The translations under genes were made by a program, and so were the position numbers. A DNA stretch of 64,000 bases from Octopus sinensis (Eukaryota), in contig NC_043018.1 in the NCBI RefSeq assembly GCF_006345805.1, forward strand, positions 7,812,001-7,876,000, given 5' to 3'. The notes below the pieces were generated by a model. That model was not told where the DNA came from. It did no database searches and worked only from the letters and a program-made list of their open reading frames with translations. This document shows positions 33,744-45,375 of the stretch, piece by piece. Each line of letters starts with the position of its first letter. Position 1 is the stretch's first letter.

Positions 33744-34015
33744 GGTACTACATAAGAAGAGTGGTCCCGGTGCGCGCACTCGCTTAGTCGCGCATCCGCG
33801 CTAGCTAGTCGCGACTAGTCGATCCTTACTTTGTATTTTTGTATTTTATTTACTTTGTTTTAAAAAAATTATTTACTTTGTGTAAAAAAATTATTATTTT
33901 GTGTTTTATTTACTTTGCTAGGTAGTCGTTGTAGGATCGACTAGTCACGACTAGCTAGCGCGGATGCGCGACTACGCGAGTGCGCGCACTGGGACCACTC
34001 TTCTTAAGTAGTACC
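33744..34015. mobile_element. CpG-rich MITE with ~93-bp terminal inverted repeats
   Basis: ggtactacataagaagagtggtcccggtgcgcgcactcgc...gatcct / aggatcgactagtc...gcgagtgcgcgcactgggaccactcttcttaagtagtacc; AT-rich spacer. Confidence 0.9.
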
Positions 34016-34140
34016 AAAAATAGGATGGTCAAGGCTGAAACATTTTTGATTGTAGGTCTAGTCGATTAGGGCTGACCTGTGGCTAAACAATAACAACTCA
34101 CAACAACAGAAGCGATAAATAAACAAAAATAAACAACAAC

Positions 34141-34568
34141 CTGGCACCGGATTTGGTAAATATTTCTGCCCACTGGTTTGGGTTGAAGAACTCTGTGGTG
34201 AACATCGGAGCAAAATCCTGGTAGGTGAAGTCTGGCCTGTAATTGTCCTTCATAAATTCCATACAAACTGGGTCCCGAACCCCATCAAGATCCCACCAGA
34301 ACCACTCAGAGCGAAAGCTGGGCACAGAAAACACACCCCAATGTAGGAAGATGCCGATTTTGGCCTCGTCGTACCATTTTGGTATGGGACGTGTGTCAAG
34401 AGATTTCCAATCGGGTTTGTATGGACCGCTAGAGATGCCTGTCCGAAATGCTGCAACGCCCCAGGGTAAACTTGTTGAAGATAGTAAAAGAACCAGGAAT
34501 AATGTCGATGACGGCCACCAAACAGACACATTTAACTCCGAAACCATCTTCTTTGTTATGGCTTGCAT
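34141..34568 (-). CDS. FUCA: Alpha-L-fucosidase copy B, first exon 1b (signal peptide + N-terminal catalytic region)
   Basis: ...[18 protein letters not shown]...[39 protein letters not shown]...SGAR, donor GCC AG|gttgt, phase 2; 428 bp. The start could also be the second Met (MVSEL). Confidence 0.93.
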
Positions 34569-34812
34569 TCAAAATCGAGGTTTATATTGCCGGTATAGTA
34601 TTAGCTATAACAGTAATTAATAAACAGTAACTGATCAACAATTAATCTTTAGTTAAAATGATTTGTGAGTGATCACAAAAATAGACGGGAAAAGCAGAAG
34701 CAAACACATGACTACTGCTGCCCCTGCTGCAACTGACCACCACTGCTGCTGCTGCTGCCGCTACTATGTATTTATATACTTAACTATATCTTGCTATTAT
34801 TGTCCCTACTGC

Positions 34813-34953
34813 GGATCTTTTCGGTTTGACCGGCAGTTTTTTAAAATAATTTCTATGTAAATAAAAAATATCAAACTTCGTATACTGGTAGAATCTGTTT
34901 ATAAAACATCTTTTTCTCTTGGCTTTATTAAGAAAATTCTGTAAAAAAGATCC
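34813..34953. mobile_element. Merlin-like MITE, internally deleted
   Basis: Begins ggatcttttcggtttgaccggcag, ends aaaaaagatcc; flanks CCTACTGC / GCTACTGC (7 of 8). Confidence 0.7.
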
Positions 34954-34995
34954 GCTACTGCAGCAACGAACTCTGCTATTAATATATTTTTTCTT

Positions 34996-35235
34996 GGATC
35001 TTTTCCTTTTGAACGGCACTTTGTAACATAATTTCTAGGTAACTAAAAAGTTTTAAACTTCGATTCATTGGTTAAAATTCGAAAAATTAAACTACGTTAA
35101 ACGAACGAATTACAATTTTATCAAGAAAGCCAAGAGAGAAAAAAATGTTTTATTTTGACACATTCTACCAGTATACGAAGTTTAAAAGTGTTTTAGTTAA
35201 CTAGAAATTGTGTGCCGTTCAAAAGGAAAAGATCC
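34996..35235. mobile_element. Merlin-like MITE
   Basis: TIR ggatcttttccttttgaacggcac / gtgccgttcaaaaggaaaagatcc; flanks TTTTTCTT / CTTTTCTT (7 of 8). Confidence 0.75.
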
Positions 35236-35964
35236 CTTTTCTTTGTAACACACGCCCACACGGCCTAGAATTTTGGAGGAAGACGAATTTTCCACTAAAT
35301 CGACTCCAGTACTTGACTGATACTTTATGTTATGATGCCACCACCACCACGAGAGATGTGAAAGGTAAAGTCACGTTCGGTGTCATTACAGGTGTGTGAA
35401 GCAAAGTCATGCTCAGTGTCAATAACACTTTATGTACCTTATAACAACATTTTCAGGTCGTGCAATTTACAGAAATTATTGCAAGCTACCACTGAGCTAA
35501 ATTAAAATAACTACTAATCAACTACATCATTTAAATCGAGCCAGTGCCCTTTCATATTCCACCGTTTCATAACTTTTGATTTTTCTTACGAATCTTCGAC
35601 ATTTATTAGATATTTTAAAGATTTGGCTTTAATTTTTTCTGTTTCCTTTCTTACACTTCCTTAATTTATATAACTTTCCGATCGAAAGTTTACCGGTTCG
35701 TTGCATAAGCTTATCTCTATGACAACACCGGCAACGGGGCTTTTTGATTGGTTAAAATTACATTAATTTAAATGTTTGAAACTTCTTCATTATTTATTTC
35801 TAAAAAAAAAATTAGTTTAATGCAATTTCCGTCATCAGCATTTTTTGAAAATAATCTGCTGACAATTTGTAAAACTTCACCTCTTCCTACAATTATTTCC
35901 TTTCTTCACGTTCTCTCTCCGTCCTGATATTAACTGTATCTTATTCAATTCCTATATCTAAATC

Positions 35965-36371
35965 GGATCTTTTCGGTTTGAACGGCAGTTTTTTAAAATA
36001 ATTTCCACGTAACTAAGCACTTTTAAACTTCGTATACTGGTAGAATGTGTTTATAAAACATCTTTTTCTCTTGGCTTTCTGAAGAAAATTCTATAGTTTG
36101 TAAGATATTTGTTGTTTTTTTTCTGCAATTTCAACCAATCAATGACGTCCATTGAGGTAAAAAAAAAAACATTCTGTGCCGTATGAATATGTCCCTCGTT
36201 TAAGAAACAGATTGGGTTTATTTACATTTGTGAAGAAAAAAAATACCCTTCCCCCCAACCCTAACCCTAAAACAGATTGAAATGCAATAGATCGATACTA
36301 GGGTCATAATTATGGGTGACAATTTCATATGACACTACTAGAAAAAACTGCCGTTCAAACCAAAAAGACCC
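35965..36371. mobile_element. Merlin-like MITE with perfect 8-bp target-site duplication
   Basis: 29-bp TIRs (27 of 29 match) starting GG; TCTAAATC at 35957-35964 and 36372-36379. Confidence 0.85.
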
Positions 36372-36594
36372 TCTAAATCATCTATCATACCCTTTTCCCT
36401 CCAGTATACTTATGTGCAATCTACCCACTCGTTTTTTCTGTTCCTCCAACCCATGACCTTTGGGGACCCATATAAGATTTCATTGTTAAAGCTTATGAGC
36501 AATAATTTGATTATGCTTTTAGAAATATACACAAAATATTTTAACAGCTTGAAGTACAATTCCTAAAATATTTAATTATATGAATATCATATCT

Positions 36595-36810
36595 GTTAAG
36601 ACCTACCAAAAACTGAGCAAGTATAAAGATCTTGAAATAGAAATTAGCAAAATGTGGAACGTGAAGACTAAAACAATACCTGTTGTCATAGGTGCCCTAG
36701 GAATGATAACAAAAGAGGCTGATTGCTACCTAGCTCAGATATAAGGAAACCCCAGAATGGCAGAAATTCAAAAGATAGTGCTCATGGGAACTGCCCATAT
36801 CCTACGTAAT
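36595..36810 (+). mobile_element. R4/Dong-clade LINE 3' fragment
   Basis: KLSKYKDLEIEISKMWNVKTKTIPVVIGALG...IQKIVLMGTAHILR. Confidence 0.8.
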
Positions 36811-36933
36811 CTCAATGTAACTGGAATGAAAAAGCTGACAAACCCATGGTCATAGTTATGGCTCACTCCTGAACAAGAGATATCAACATACAATCTTTCT
36901 GAGAAATGTGATAGGTGTAGGAGTGGCTGTGTG

Positions 36934-37545
36934 CGTGCCAAGCTGTCAAGGCACGGAAGTGCTGTCTCGCCATGTCTGCGATGTGAGCAGGATAGGGAAA
37001 CCATCTTGCACACATTCATGGAGTGCCTGGAGTTATCGGGACTGATTGCTTTTGCCGAACAACTGTTGTCAGTGAGTGGAAGAGTACAGCTATCAGCAGA
37101 GACTATCATTGAGATTGTGCCACATCCTTTCCTCAGCAAGGAAGGCTTGTTTTTCTTGCGTAGTAGCCATACTGAAAGAAACAGTATGGCAGACGCGTAC
37201 GAAAGGTATAGTGACAGGTACCTTTGTATCCGGCCAGGGGTTGGTTAATTTTTTAGTTACCACCTCAGTAGTAAGATCAGGCCGGAGAAGAGGTGTCTGT
37301 CACGAGATATGTTTGTGAAAAGATGGAAGCCTGTAGCTTGCAAGCTGGGTATATTTGGCACCAGGTAAGTGTGGCCGGATCAAGAAGTAAAGGTTCTACC
37401 CAGATGGCTGGGTTCCTTGCCCTACTGTGTAATATTAAATTTGTAAACTTTATATTGTAAATACTAAAACGTTTTAAGCTACTTCACCCTATATGTTTGT
37501 ATGTCCCCTCTATGTAACGCCTTAATGGCGAATTTTCATGAAATA
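36934..37545 (+). mobile_element. L1/Tx1-clade LINE 3' fragment inserted in an OK SINE head
   Basis: CLRCEQDRETILHTFMEC zinc knuckle; SINE stops at gagtggctgtgtg (36933) and resumes aagtagcttgcttacc (~37545). Confidence 0.75.
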
Positions 37546-38419
37546 AAGTAGCTTGCTTACCAACCACATGGTTCTGAGTTCAGTCCCACTACGTGGCACT
37601 TTAGGCAAGTGTCTTCTACTATAGTCTTGGGCCAACCAAAGCCTTGTGAGTGGATTTGGTATGTGTTTGTCCCCCCAACATCGCTTGACAACCGATGCTG
37701 GTGTGTCTATGTCTCCATAACTTAGCGGTTCAGCAAAAGAGATCGATAGAATAAGTATTAGGCTTACAAAGAATAAGTCCTGTGGTCAATTTGCTCGACT
37801 AAAGGCGGTGCTCCAGCACGGCCACAGTCAAATGACTGAAACAAGTAAAAGAGTAATAATAATAACATAGGTACATAGGTTACAAGAACAGACACATATG
37901 GAGACACGGATCCACACATATAAAGATGCACATCCATACATACAAACAAGGTACATAGATGCATAACACACACACACACACACAGACATGCACACACAAG
38001 GAGACAGAGGTGCATACATATACAAACACACGCTCACACACACACATACATAGAAAATACACAAACACGGACGGGCAAGCACATAAAGATGCAGGATGCG
38101 TACTTACAGATGCACACACATACATACATATATACATACATGCATGTATAGGCACACACACACTGACCCACACACATGCGCACAAACAAACAAAAGGGAA
38201 CGCAGTGTAAATAAGGGACAGAGTCAAGACTATTGAAAAGGTTGCAAGACGCAACGAAAGTTTTGGGAAAATAAAAATAAGAAATAAGTGGAAATTTTAC
38301 CGGTGAGTGTGTTAAATTATAAGGCACTAAAAGAAAATGACCCTCCCCAGACACAACAGAATATGCTTCAACACACAAACTCATATAAAGAATCTTGCAA
38401 ACCAAATCCCCAAAACGAA

Positions 38420-38870
38420 AAACAACAATAACATTGAAACTCCGATGTCTGGCAGCTGACTTGGCAGACACCCATAAAATTATCAACCATCTTACAAACA
38501 ATAACTCTGAGCACCTTTTCAAACTCCACCCGTCTAACACCCGTGGACATGTTTACAAAGTCAGAAAACAGCACAGCTCCCATTACTTTCAGAAACATTT
38601 TTTCACGCTGAGAGTTGCTGAAGTATGGAACAAACTGCCGGCATCAGTTGTTAGTTGTCGGAGCACTGCATCCTTCAAAACTTCCATGCTTTCTGAGATT
38701 CGCCAACACTACACCTGATTTTCTCCCCTCCATACACACACAAGCATGTATCTGACTCATACATTGTTCGCTTCCCAGACATTTGTACATTACTGCATAT
38801 GCTTTATACGCACTTTTTGACAAGTTGTGGTGCACCTGAGCACTGCATAAAATAATTTCATTATTATTAT
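38420..38870 (+). mobile_element. CR1 LINE 3' end
   Basis: LKLRCLAADLADTHKIINHL...HFFTLRVAEVWNKLPASVVSC; (ATT)n tail. Confidence 0.9.
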
Positions 38871-38916
38871 AAAGTTTTTTTTTATAAATCCTTAAAGGAA
38901 AAAAAAAAAAACTCAC

Positions 38917-39287
38917 TGTGCCCCAGAAGCTCCAAATGTATTTGCCCAGACATCAGGGTTGAAGAATTCAGCAGTAAACCTTGGTGCAAAGTCAGCATAG
39001 GTGAAGTCAGGTCGGTAGTTTTTGTTCATGAAATCAATATAAGCAGGAATTTTTTTACCTTGCCAGTTCCACCAAAACCATTCTGAACCATAACTTGGCA
39101 CAGAAAACACCCCCCAGTGAAGGAAGATACCAATCTTGGCGTCATCATACCATTTTGGTATTGGTCGAGTGTCCAAAGAAGTCCAATTGGGGGAGTAACG
39201 CAATTGTCTAGATCCATGTGAGCCCTTCTGGAAAGAAACCAAAACAGCAAGTAAAAGGAGAGCAAGAATTGTCTTGGAGATTCTCAT
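38917..39287 (-). CDS. FUCA: Alpha-L-fucosidase first exon 1a (signal peptide + N-terminal catalytic region), no body of its own
   Basis: [25 protein letters not shown]...[39 protein letters not shown]...SGAQ, donor GCA CA|gtgagt, phase 2; 371 bp, no stops. Confidence 0.92.
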
Positions 39288-39779
39288 GATTCTTTGGTTT
39301 GGTTTGATTTGATTTGTATTTCTTTTGGAAGCACAAAAGTGGAATTGTTTAGTTTGTTTAGCTAAATGGTTGCTTGCTTTCTCTGTCTAAAGTCTGTCTC
39401 TTCCCAACTATCTCTATATATATATATGTGTGTGTGCGCATGTGTGAGTGTGTGTGCACGTGTGTATATGTGCTCACATGCATGTGTGTACCATGTCAAA
39501 ATATTACCCCTTCCTCTATACACTTTGACACAAATACCTGTTTCTCTAATGATAAACAAAATTGTTTCATTTCATTTGTTGTTTTAATTGTTGTTGTTGT
39601 TGATGTTTTGGTCTTTGCCCCAAAATGTAAAAATAGAAGCCACATGATGTTAGATTTTTGTTTATTTTGGTCCAACTTGACACAATTTATCTGTGGTGAG
39701 GGGTGGCCATGGCCATGTTAAAGCTTGTCTTCCATTGGCAGCAAGCTCAATTTATCAGATATGGTTTAAGAGGGTTAAA

Positions 39780-40110
39780 GTGCATGTCACCCACCAACAC
39801 CAATACCATTACCACCATCGACACCACCCCTACTCCCAAACCACCACCACCACCACCTTCAACATCCATTATCACTATCACTGCTACCATCCTTGTTTTT
39901 CATCAGCAGCAGCATCATCATCACCATTATCCTAACTGTCATCTCTAAACTCTTCATTCACTGTTATTACCTCCTCACCACCATCATAATCATCACCATC
40001 ACCATTACTACTACCAAGTCTACCACGACCACTATCATCATCATCATCGTCATCAGCAGCGCTCCCACCACCACCACCACCTTCCAACACTCTCTCCAGC
40101 ACTGATATAA
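39780..40110. repeat. (CAC)/(CAT) low-complexity tract
   Basis: Direct inspection. Confidence 0.85.
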
Positions 40111-40397
40111 ATAACAATCGCCATTATCACAAACAATTGTCCAGGTGATTGTCTGATAGATCTGATAAAAGGGTATCTGAGTTCAAATAACATTCAAGTT
40201 GGCTTTCCATTTTTATTCCTTCCGGGGGTGGGGGGAAGGATGCAGATTGAAACAAAGTACTATTTCTATATTAATGTCAACAATATATTCAACATTGTCA
40301 AAAATACTGTCTGGCAGTGGTTTAACAGATCAAAGAATTTCAGAGTGTAAAAATTTTGGACATAGTTTGTGTGTGTGTGTATGCATATATATATATA

Positions 40398-41638
40398 TCT
40401 TTATATATACAAAACTGAGAATGTGTGTGTGTCTGTCTCTGTGTTTCCCTAAAACTTGAGAACTACACAACCAATTTCATTCAAATTTTACACATGCCTT
40501 ACTTAGTGTCCGGGGAATGTCATCGGCAAAAATGTTCAACTTCTTGTCTAGAGCGAGCCAATAGCAATATCATATCTTAGCAATTTAACTTTTTGCCTAG
40601 GGCGAGCCCACAGCAATATCATATCTTCTCCACTACAATTCCCTAAAACTTGAGAACTTCACAACCAATTTCATTCAAATTTTACATATGCCTTACTTAG
40701 GGTCCATGTAGTTTCATGGGCAAAAAAAATGTTCAACTTCTTGCCTAGAGCGAGCTGATAGCAATATCATATCTTCTCCACTATTTCAGTATTACGTGTT
40801 AAAAGTGAAACAAAAACATTTCTCTATTTTATGTCAGATACTTTCACTTTAACAATAAAAATAATAATAACAATTGAATTATATGTAGTAAGTAATAATT
40901 AAAATCAAACTAAAGTATAATATAACCGTAACATAACAAAAGTAAAAATAGCAATTGGTATAAAATTGCATCAATGACTTGAACTTGAATAAGTGATTTC
41001 ACATGAATGGGAATAAATTAAAAATAAAATTAGCATGCAGAAATGGAATAGTCCAGATGGATAATAAAAAAATTAAATTAAAGAAAAGACTATTGTCTAT
41101 AAAGTATACAATATAGAGAAAAAAGAATTTTTGAACATATGGAGGAAAGCACCTCCGAAAAGTGTCTTGGTGCGACTATGAAAGGTATCTAATCAGAAGC
41201 GGTAAATTCGCCACAATAGAAGCAAGGTTCGAGTCAACTGAGCATGCAAGGGAGTACACGACTCGAACTTGCAAAGTGGAAATATTTTATTTTTACCTTT
41301 ATATCTGGGACGTAGGATGTCCTGGAAAAAAATTTTAAATGCCCCCCCTCCCCCAGAAGTAGAGGTAGGCTGGATTGTAGCCACACTTCTATACAAGAGG
41401 GAGGACAAGATACAATTGATCGAAATTACAAGAGACGGGCTAACAATTCCAGTCTGTTATATATTTTGAGTATTGTTATCACTAGCGATATCGAGATATA
41501 ACTTTGTATTTTGTATTTTATGTGTAGATGTATATATATAGATGTACATGTAATATGTACACATATATATACACATACATACATGCACTAGCACTATGAC
41601 CCAGCAACAACGGGTCTTTAATGCTAGTATATATAAAA

Positions 41639-41669
<31 letters not shown>

Positions 41670-42966
41670 TATATATGTATGTATATATATATATATATAT
41701 AAAGTTAATCCAAACAAGAAAACAAAAAGACAACAACGCAAGGATGTGGAACAAATAAAGTATTATTGGACGCTCAGGAAAGAAGGGAAGAAGGAGGGTT
41801 TGACGTTTCGAGCGGAGCTCTTTGTCGGGAACATAGGAGAAAGAAAGATCCCGAGACGGGAGGACAGAGGAAAAAAAATTGCAGGTAGTATTCACGAGGT
41901 CACATACTAAAAGACGGAAGTGGTAAAAAAGGAGGAAAATGTTTTTGAGGCGCAATGGCCCAGTGGTTAGGGCAGCGGACTCGTGGTTGTAGGATCGCGG
42001 TTTCGATTCCCTGACCCCAATGTTTGTTTTTCTGTCCTTGTATCGTTCCCTCTTTTTCTCAACCTTATGGCGAATAAAGAAATTCTCTCTCTCTCTCTCT
42101 TTGTCTCACTCACTCTCTTTCTTAGTCTCACTCATACTGCAGACAAATATATTTATGAGGCATCAGGCTTCGCTTTGATACAGCTAGCCTCATTCCAAGC
42201 TACACTGTAGAAACGGTCTCAGTTCCTACCAGCTTTCAGTCAAAGACACGTCTTCTCTGTAGCTCCACACACAAGCTCCCTCATGCAACTCACATGTCTA
42301 TTCACCTCGGCACAAGATATATGGTTCGTAAATGAAAAGATTTTATCACACACACATTCTCAAAATAACTTCTCATTACACACATGCATACATACTGTAA
42401 TACAAATATCACCAGCTGACACTTGACGATATATCGAAGAGGCCAGGGAACAGAAGAAAGAAGACATGCACCCAACACCAGAGCTGAAGACACCTCCGAA
42501 AGGGGGTGCCCCGCCACATCAAAACGGTAGAGGAGTAGGGGCCGAAACCGGACGTGGTTCCTCCTGATGATGTCTTGAGCTAACTGGATCCTATAAAGGA
42601 GCTGTTGTGGCAGCAGACCACGAAACACGGTTGTAATTCCTCCTGTTACTTCTGTCAGTGCAAAAGCATAAATCAAAAGTTTCTTTGTATGTAAACACGC
42701 ATGTTTTTGTGTCATACTCCATGCTTCCACCACAAAAGGTGAACACAGAATAATCAATATATTTTTACACCAAAATGTCTTATGGTGATTCATACTGTTT
42801 TTTCCATTTAATAACATGAAGCACGTGAACAGTCAACGACAGCTGTTATAATGTTTTTTATGAGTATGTGCGAGCGTCCAAGAATTGATACATGTAGAAA
42901 ATTTCAATAAAAATATATTTACTTTCTGAAAGTTATGAGGAAGCAAAACCAGGCGGGACACACTAG
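40398..42966 (+). mobile_element. Possible non-autonomous Helitron-like element with nested inserts
   Basis: Starts a|TCtttatatatacaaaa + (GT)n, ends ggcgggacacaCTAG|t; internal ~190-bp tandem duplication (40445 vs 40640). That both ends belong to one element is inferred. Confidence 0.45.
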
Positions 42967-43419
42967 TGTCACTGTTGTTCTCTTATCTCCCCTTTCATAC
43001 AACCTACAGAAAAGTCATCAGGTGATAAAACATTAATCATCAAATGGATTAATTAATTAATTAAAATTAATTAATTAAAAGTGAGTGATATTTTAATTAC
43101 TTGATACAAAAATATGGCACAATGAATCATTATTGTTTAGCCTTGATCAAATAGATCTCATATGGAAAGCATTCCGGCCATGACCATCCTGTCTTTTTTG
43201 TATTTCAGTGACTGACTTTATTGTCCAATGTATTTGTCTGGAGATAGCAGCTCTGATGTTAGATAACAGAAATATATGAGTAAGAGATAAAAATTGTCCA
43301 GCAGTGGTGGCGGTCAGAATGTTAGATGTATGGGATGAATACAGCAGTTAATTTGGCTTTTTGTGATGTATTTGCATTAAGTATGATATACAAGTGACGG
43401 TCGAGTACGAGATTCAAGC

Positions 43420-43935
43420 CTATTCTCCTTATCTCCTCAAAGACATACATCATCTCGAAAGAGTCCAGAAGCTGGCTACCCGCGTGGTTCTTGGTCTCAA
43501 GCATTTGTCTTATGAAGAAAGGCTGAAGACACTCTAGAAAAACAACAATGCGGAAAGGCTGAAGACACTCGACCTTTATTCTCTAGAAAAACAACATAAG
43601 CGGAAAGTGTAACCCCTCGAAAGAGCTGTTCTTCACTCCTGCTCCAGAGTGTCGGCTGCGGGGTCACTCCGAAAAGCTCTATCTGCGACGATTTCATCTC
43701 AATCGAAGGAGAGGGGCTTTCTCCGTCCGGGTTGCGGATCTGTTGAATAAGCTGCCGGACAAGATAGTGAAGATGCCGACGACCGCTCGGTTCAAAGTCT
43801 CTCTTGACCAGAAATGGCCTGAACTCTTTGCATGAACACCCTCCCTGTACATAACTCCATGTCCCCCTACATGGCCTTGCTTTTTGCTTTTTGAGCCAAA
43901 AAATTAACTTAACTTAACTATTTAACTCTTTAACT
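43420..43935 (+). mobile_element. CR1-clade LINE 3' end (second family)
   Basis: QKLATRVVLGLKHLSYEERLKTL...RGHSEKL...LNKLPDKIV...FKVSLD; (TTAAC)n tail. Confidence 0.8.
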
Positions 43936-44084
43936 GTGAAATTAAATTCTGTGGTTATTCCAGTATTTATGTTAAATATCTTACCAAAATATAGAATTGG
44001 AATTTTCAGTAAGTCATATTGTGTCAATAAACTTGACATATCTTATTCTTTTATATGTTTCAGTATTGAGGCTGCAGCCATGCT

Positions 44085-44430
44085 GGGGCTCCACCAGTGT
44101 AATCACCTTTTAATTGGCCAATTCCATTGGTTTGGCTCTTGGTCAAGGAAGGAGTTCAATACCGCTGCCCTCTTTTGAGTTACCTGCCTTGATATTGGTT
44201 CGTCTGGGATCTTGGATAGCAAGAAGTCAAGTTGTTTCTTGAAAACATCTCCTCCCACTCCATGGAGATCCTTCAGATGTTTTAGCAAGGAGTTAAATAG
44301 CTATTGCAGTACATGGCCTTCACCTTAGATGAGACAGCTGGGGCTTTTGGAACAGTGCAGTGACGTCCATTTCGAGGTCTGGTATAACTCTCAATTCCAA
44401 AGTTTGGTGCCAGACCCTCCAGTATCTTCC
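44085..44430 (-). mobile_element. Non-LTR retrotransposon ORF2 C-terminal fragment (CR1-like)
   Basis: IYVWKILEGLAPN...RNGRHC and GGDVFKKQLDFLLSKIPDEP. Confidence 0.75.
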
Positions 44431-45059
44431 ATACATATATCTGTTTCTTTATTACCCACAAGGGGCTAAACATAGAGGGGACATACAAGGACAGACAAAT
44501 GGATTAAGTTGGTCACATCGACCGCAGTGCGTAACTGGTACTTAATTTATCGACCCCGAAAGGATGAAAGGCAAAGTCGACCGCGGTGGAATTTGAACAC
44601 AGAACATAACAGCAGACGAAATACGACCAGGCCCCTGATGTTTAACAAGAATACTGGTCTGACATGTAGGGTGTTGGTGGTGGCCACTGGTCTGACATGC
44701 ACAGAGGTGTTAGAGGAGGCCACCCTAGATCCTTTGTTGTTTGAGGTGGTTGTGGGTGCTGGAAAGTGTTCCTCATACTGGATGTCTGGTGAAGCCAGGT
44801 TAGTTGCTGTACAATCTTTTGTGCAACCTCCAAAAAAGCCTGTTGTTCAACAGCCACTGTCTGCACTGCATCGACAGTTTGTTCCTCCTAGGAGCAGTGC
44901 TTGCACCATCCACACACTTCCATGGTGGTGGCATTGTATCTTGTGTTGTTGGAGGCTGTTCTTCCTGGTCTTCAAGGGAGTGGAATGAGCACTGCTCATA
45001 TGGAATTTGGGATGAGCAAATCTGCAGCCTGTCCCAATGTCACCATGCCAACAGGTACC

Positions 45060-45375
45060 CTTTACAGACTCTGAGCTGAGAAAGAATGGAACTTGTTTCA
45101 ACCACCTTCTCTTCATGGATGATTTAAAACTGTTTGCAAAAACAGAGCCTGAAATGGAGAGGCTGGTTGAGACTGTGCATACGTGCAGCAAGGACATGGG
45201 GATGGAATTCGGTATCTCAAAGTGTGCAGTGCTTACTTTGAAGTGGGGGAAAAGAGTAAATTGTAGGGGCATAGAATTGCCAAACAGAGAGAGGGAATAG
45301 AAAACCCGAATGATAATGGGTACATGTACCTTGGGATCCAGGAGCTGGACAATATCTTTCACAAAGACAAGATCA
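45060..45375 (+). mobile_element. R4/Dong-clade RT fragment
   Basis: NHLLFMDDLKLFAK...DMGMEFGISKCAVL...GIELP. Confidence 0.85.

Noticed and set aside
34569-35500. CLEAR/TFEB box (GTCACGTGAC) expected for a lysosomal hydrolase promoter
   Set aside because: Only a partial gtcacgtt (~35370) was seen; no full motif near either first exon
36255-36270. Telomere remnant (aaccctaaccctaa)
   Set aside because: Only two units, internal to a MITE
42302-42817. 171-aa minus-strand ORF
   Set aside because: No recognisable motif, TTG start, runs into (CA)n sequence
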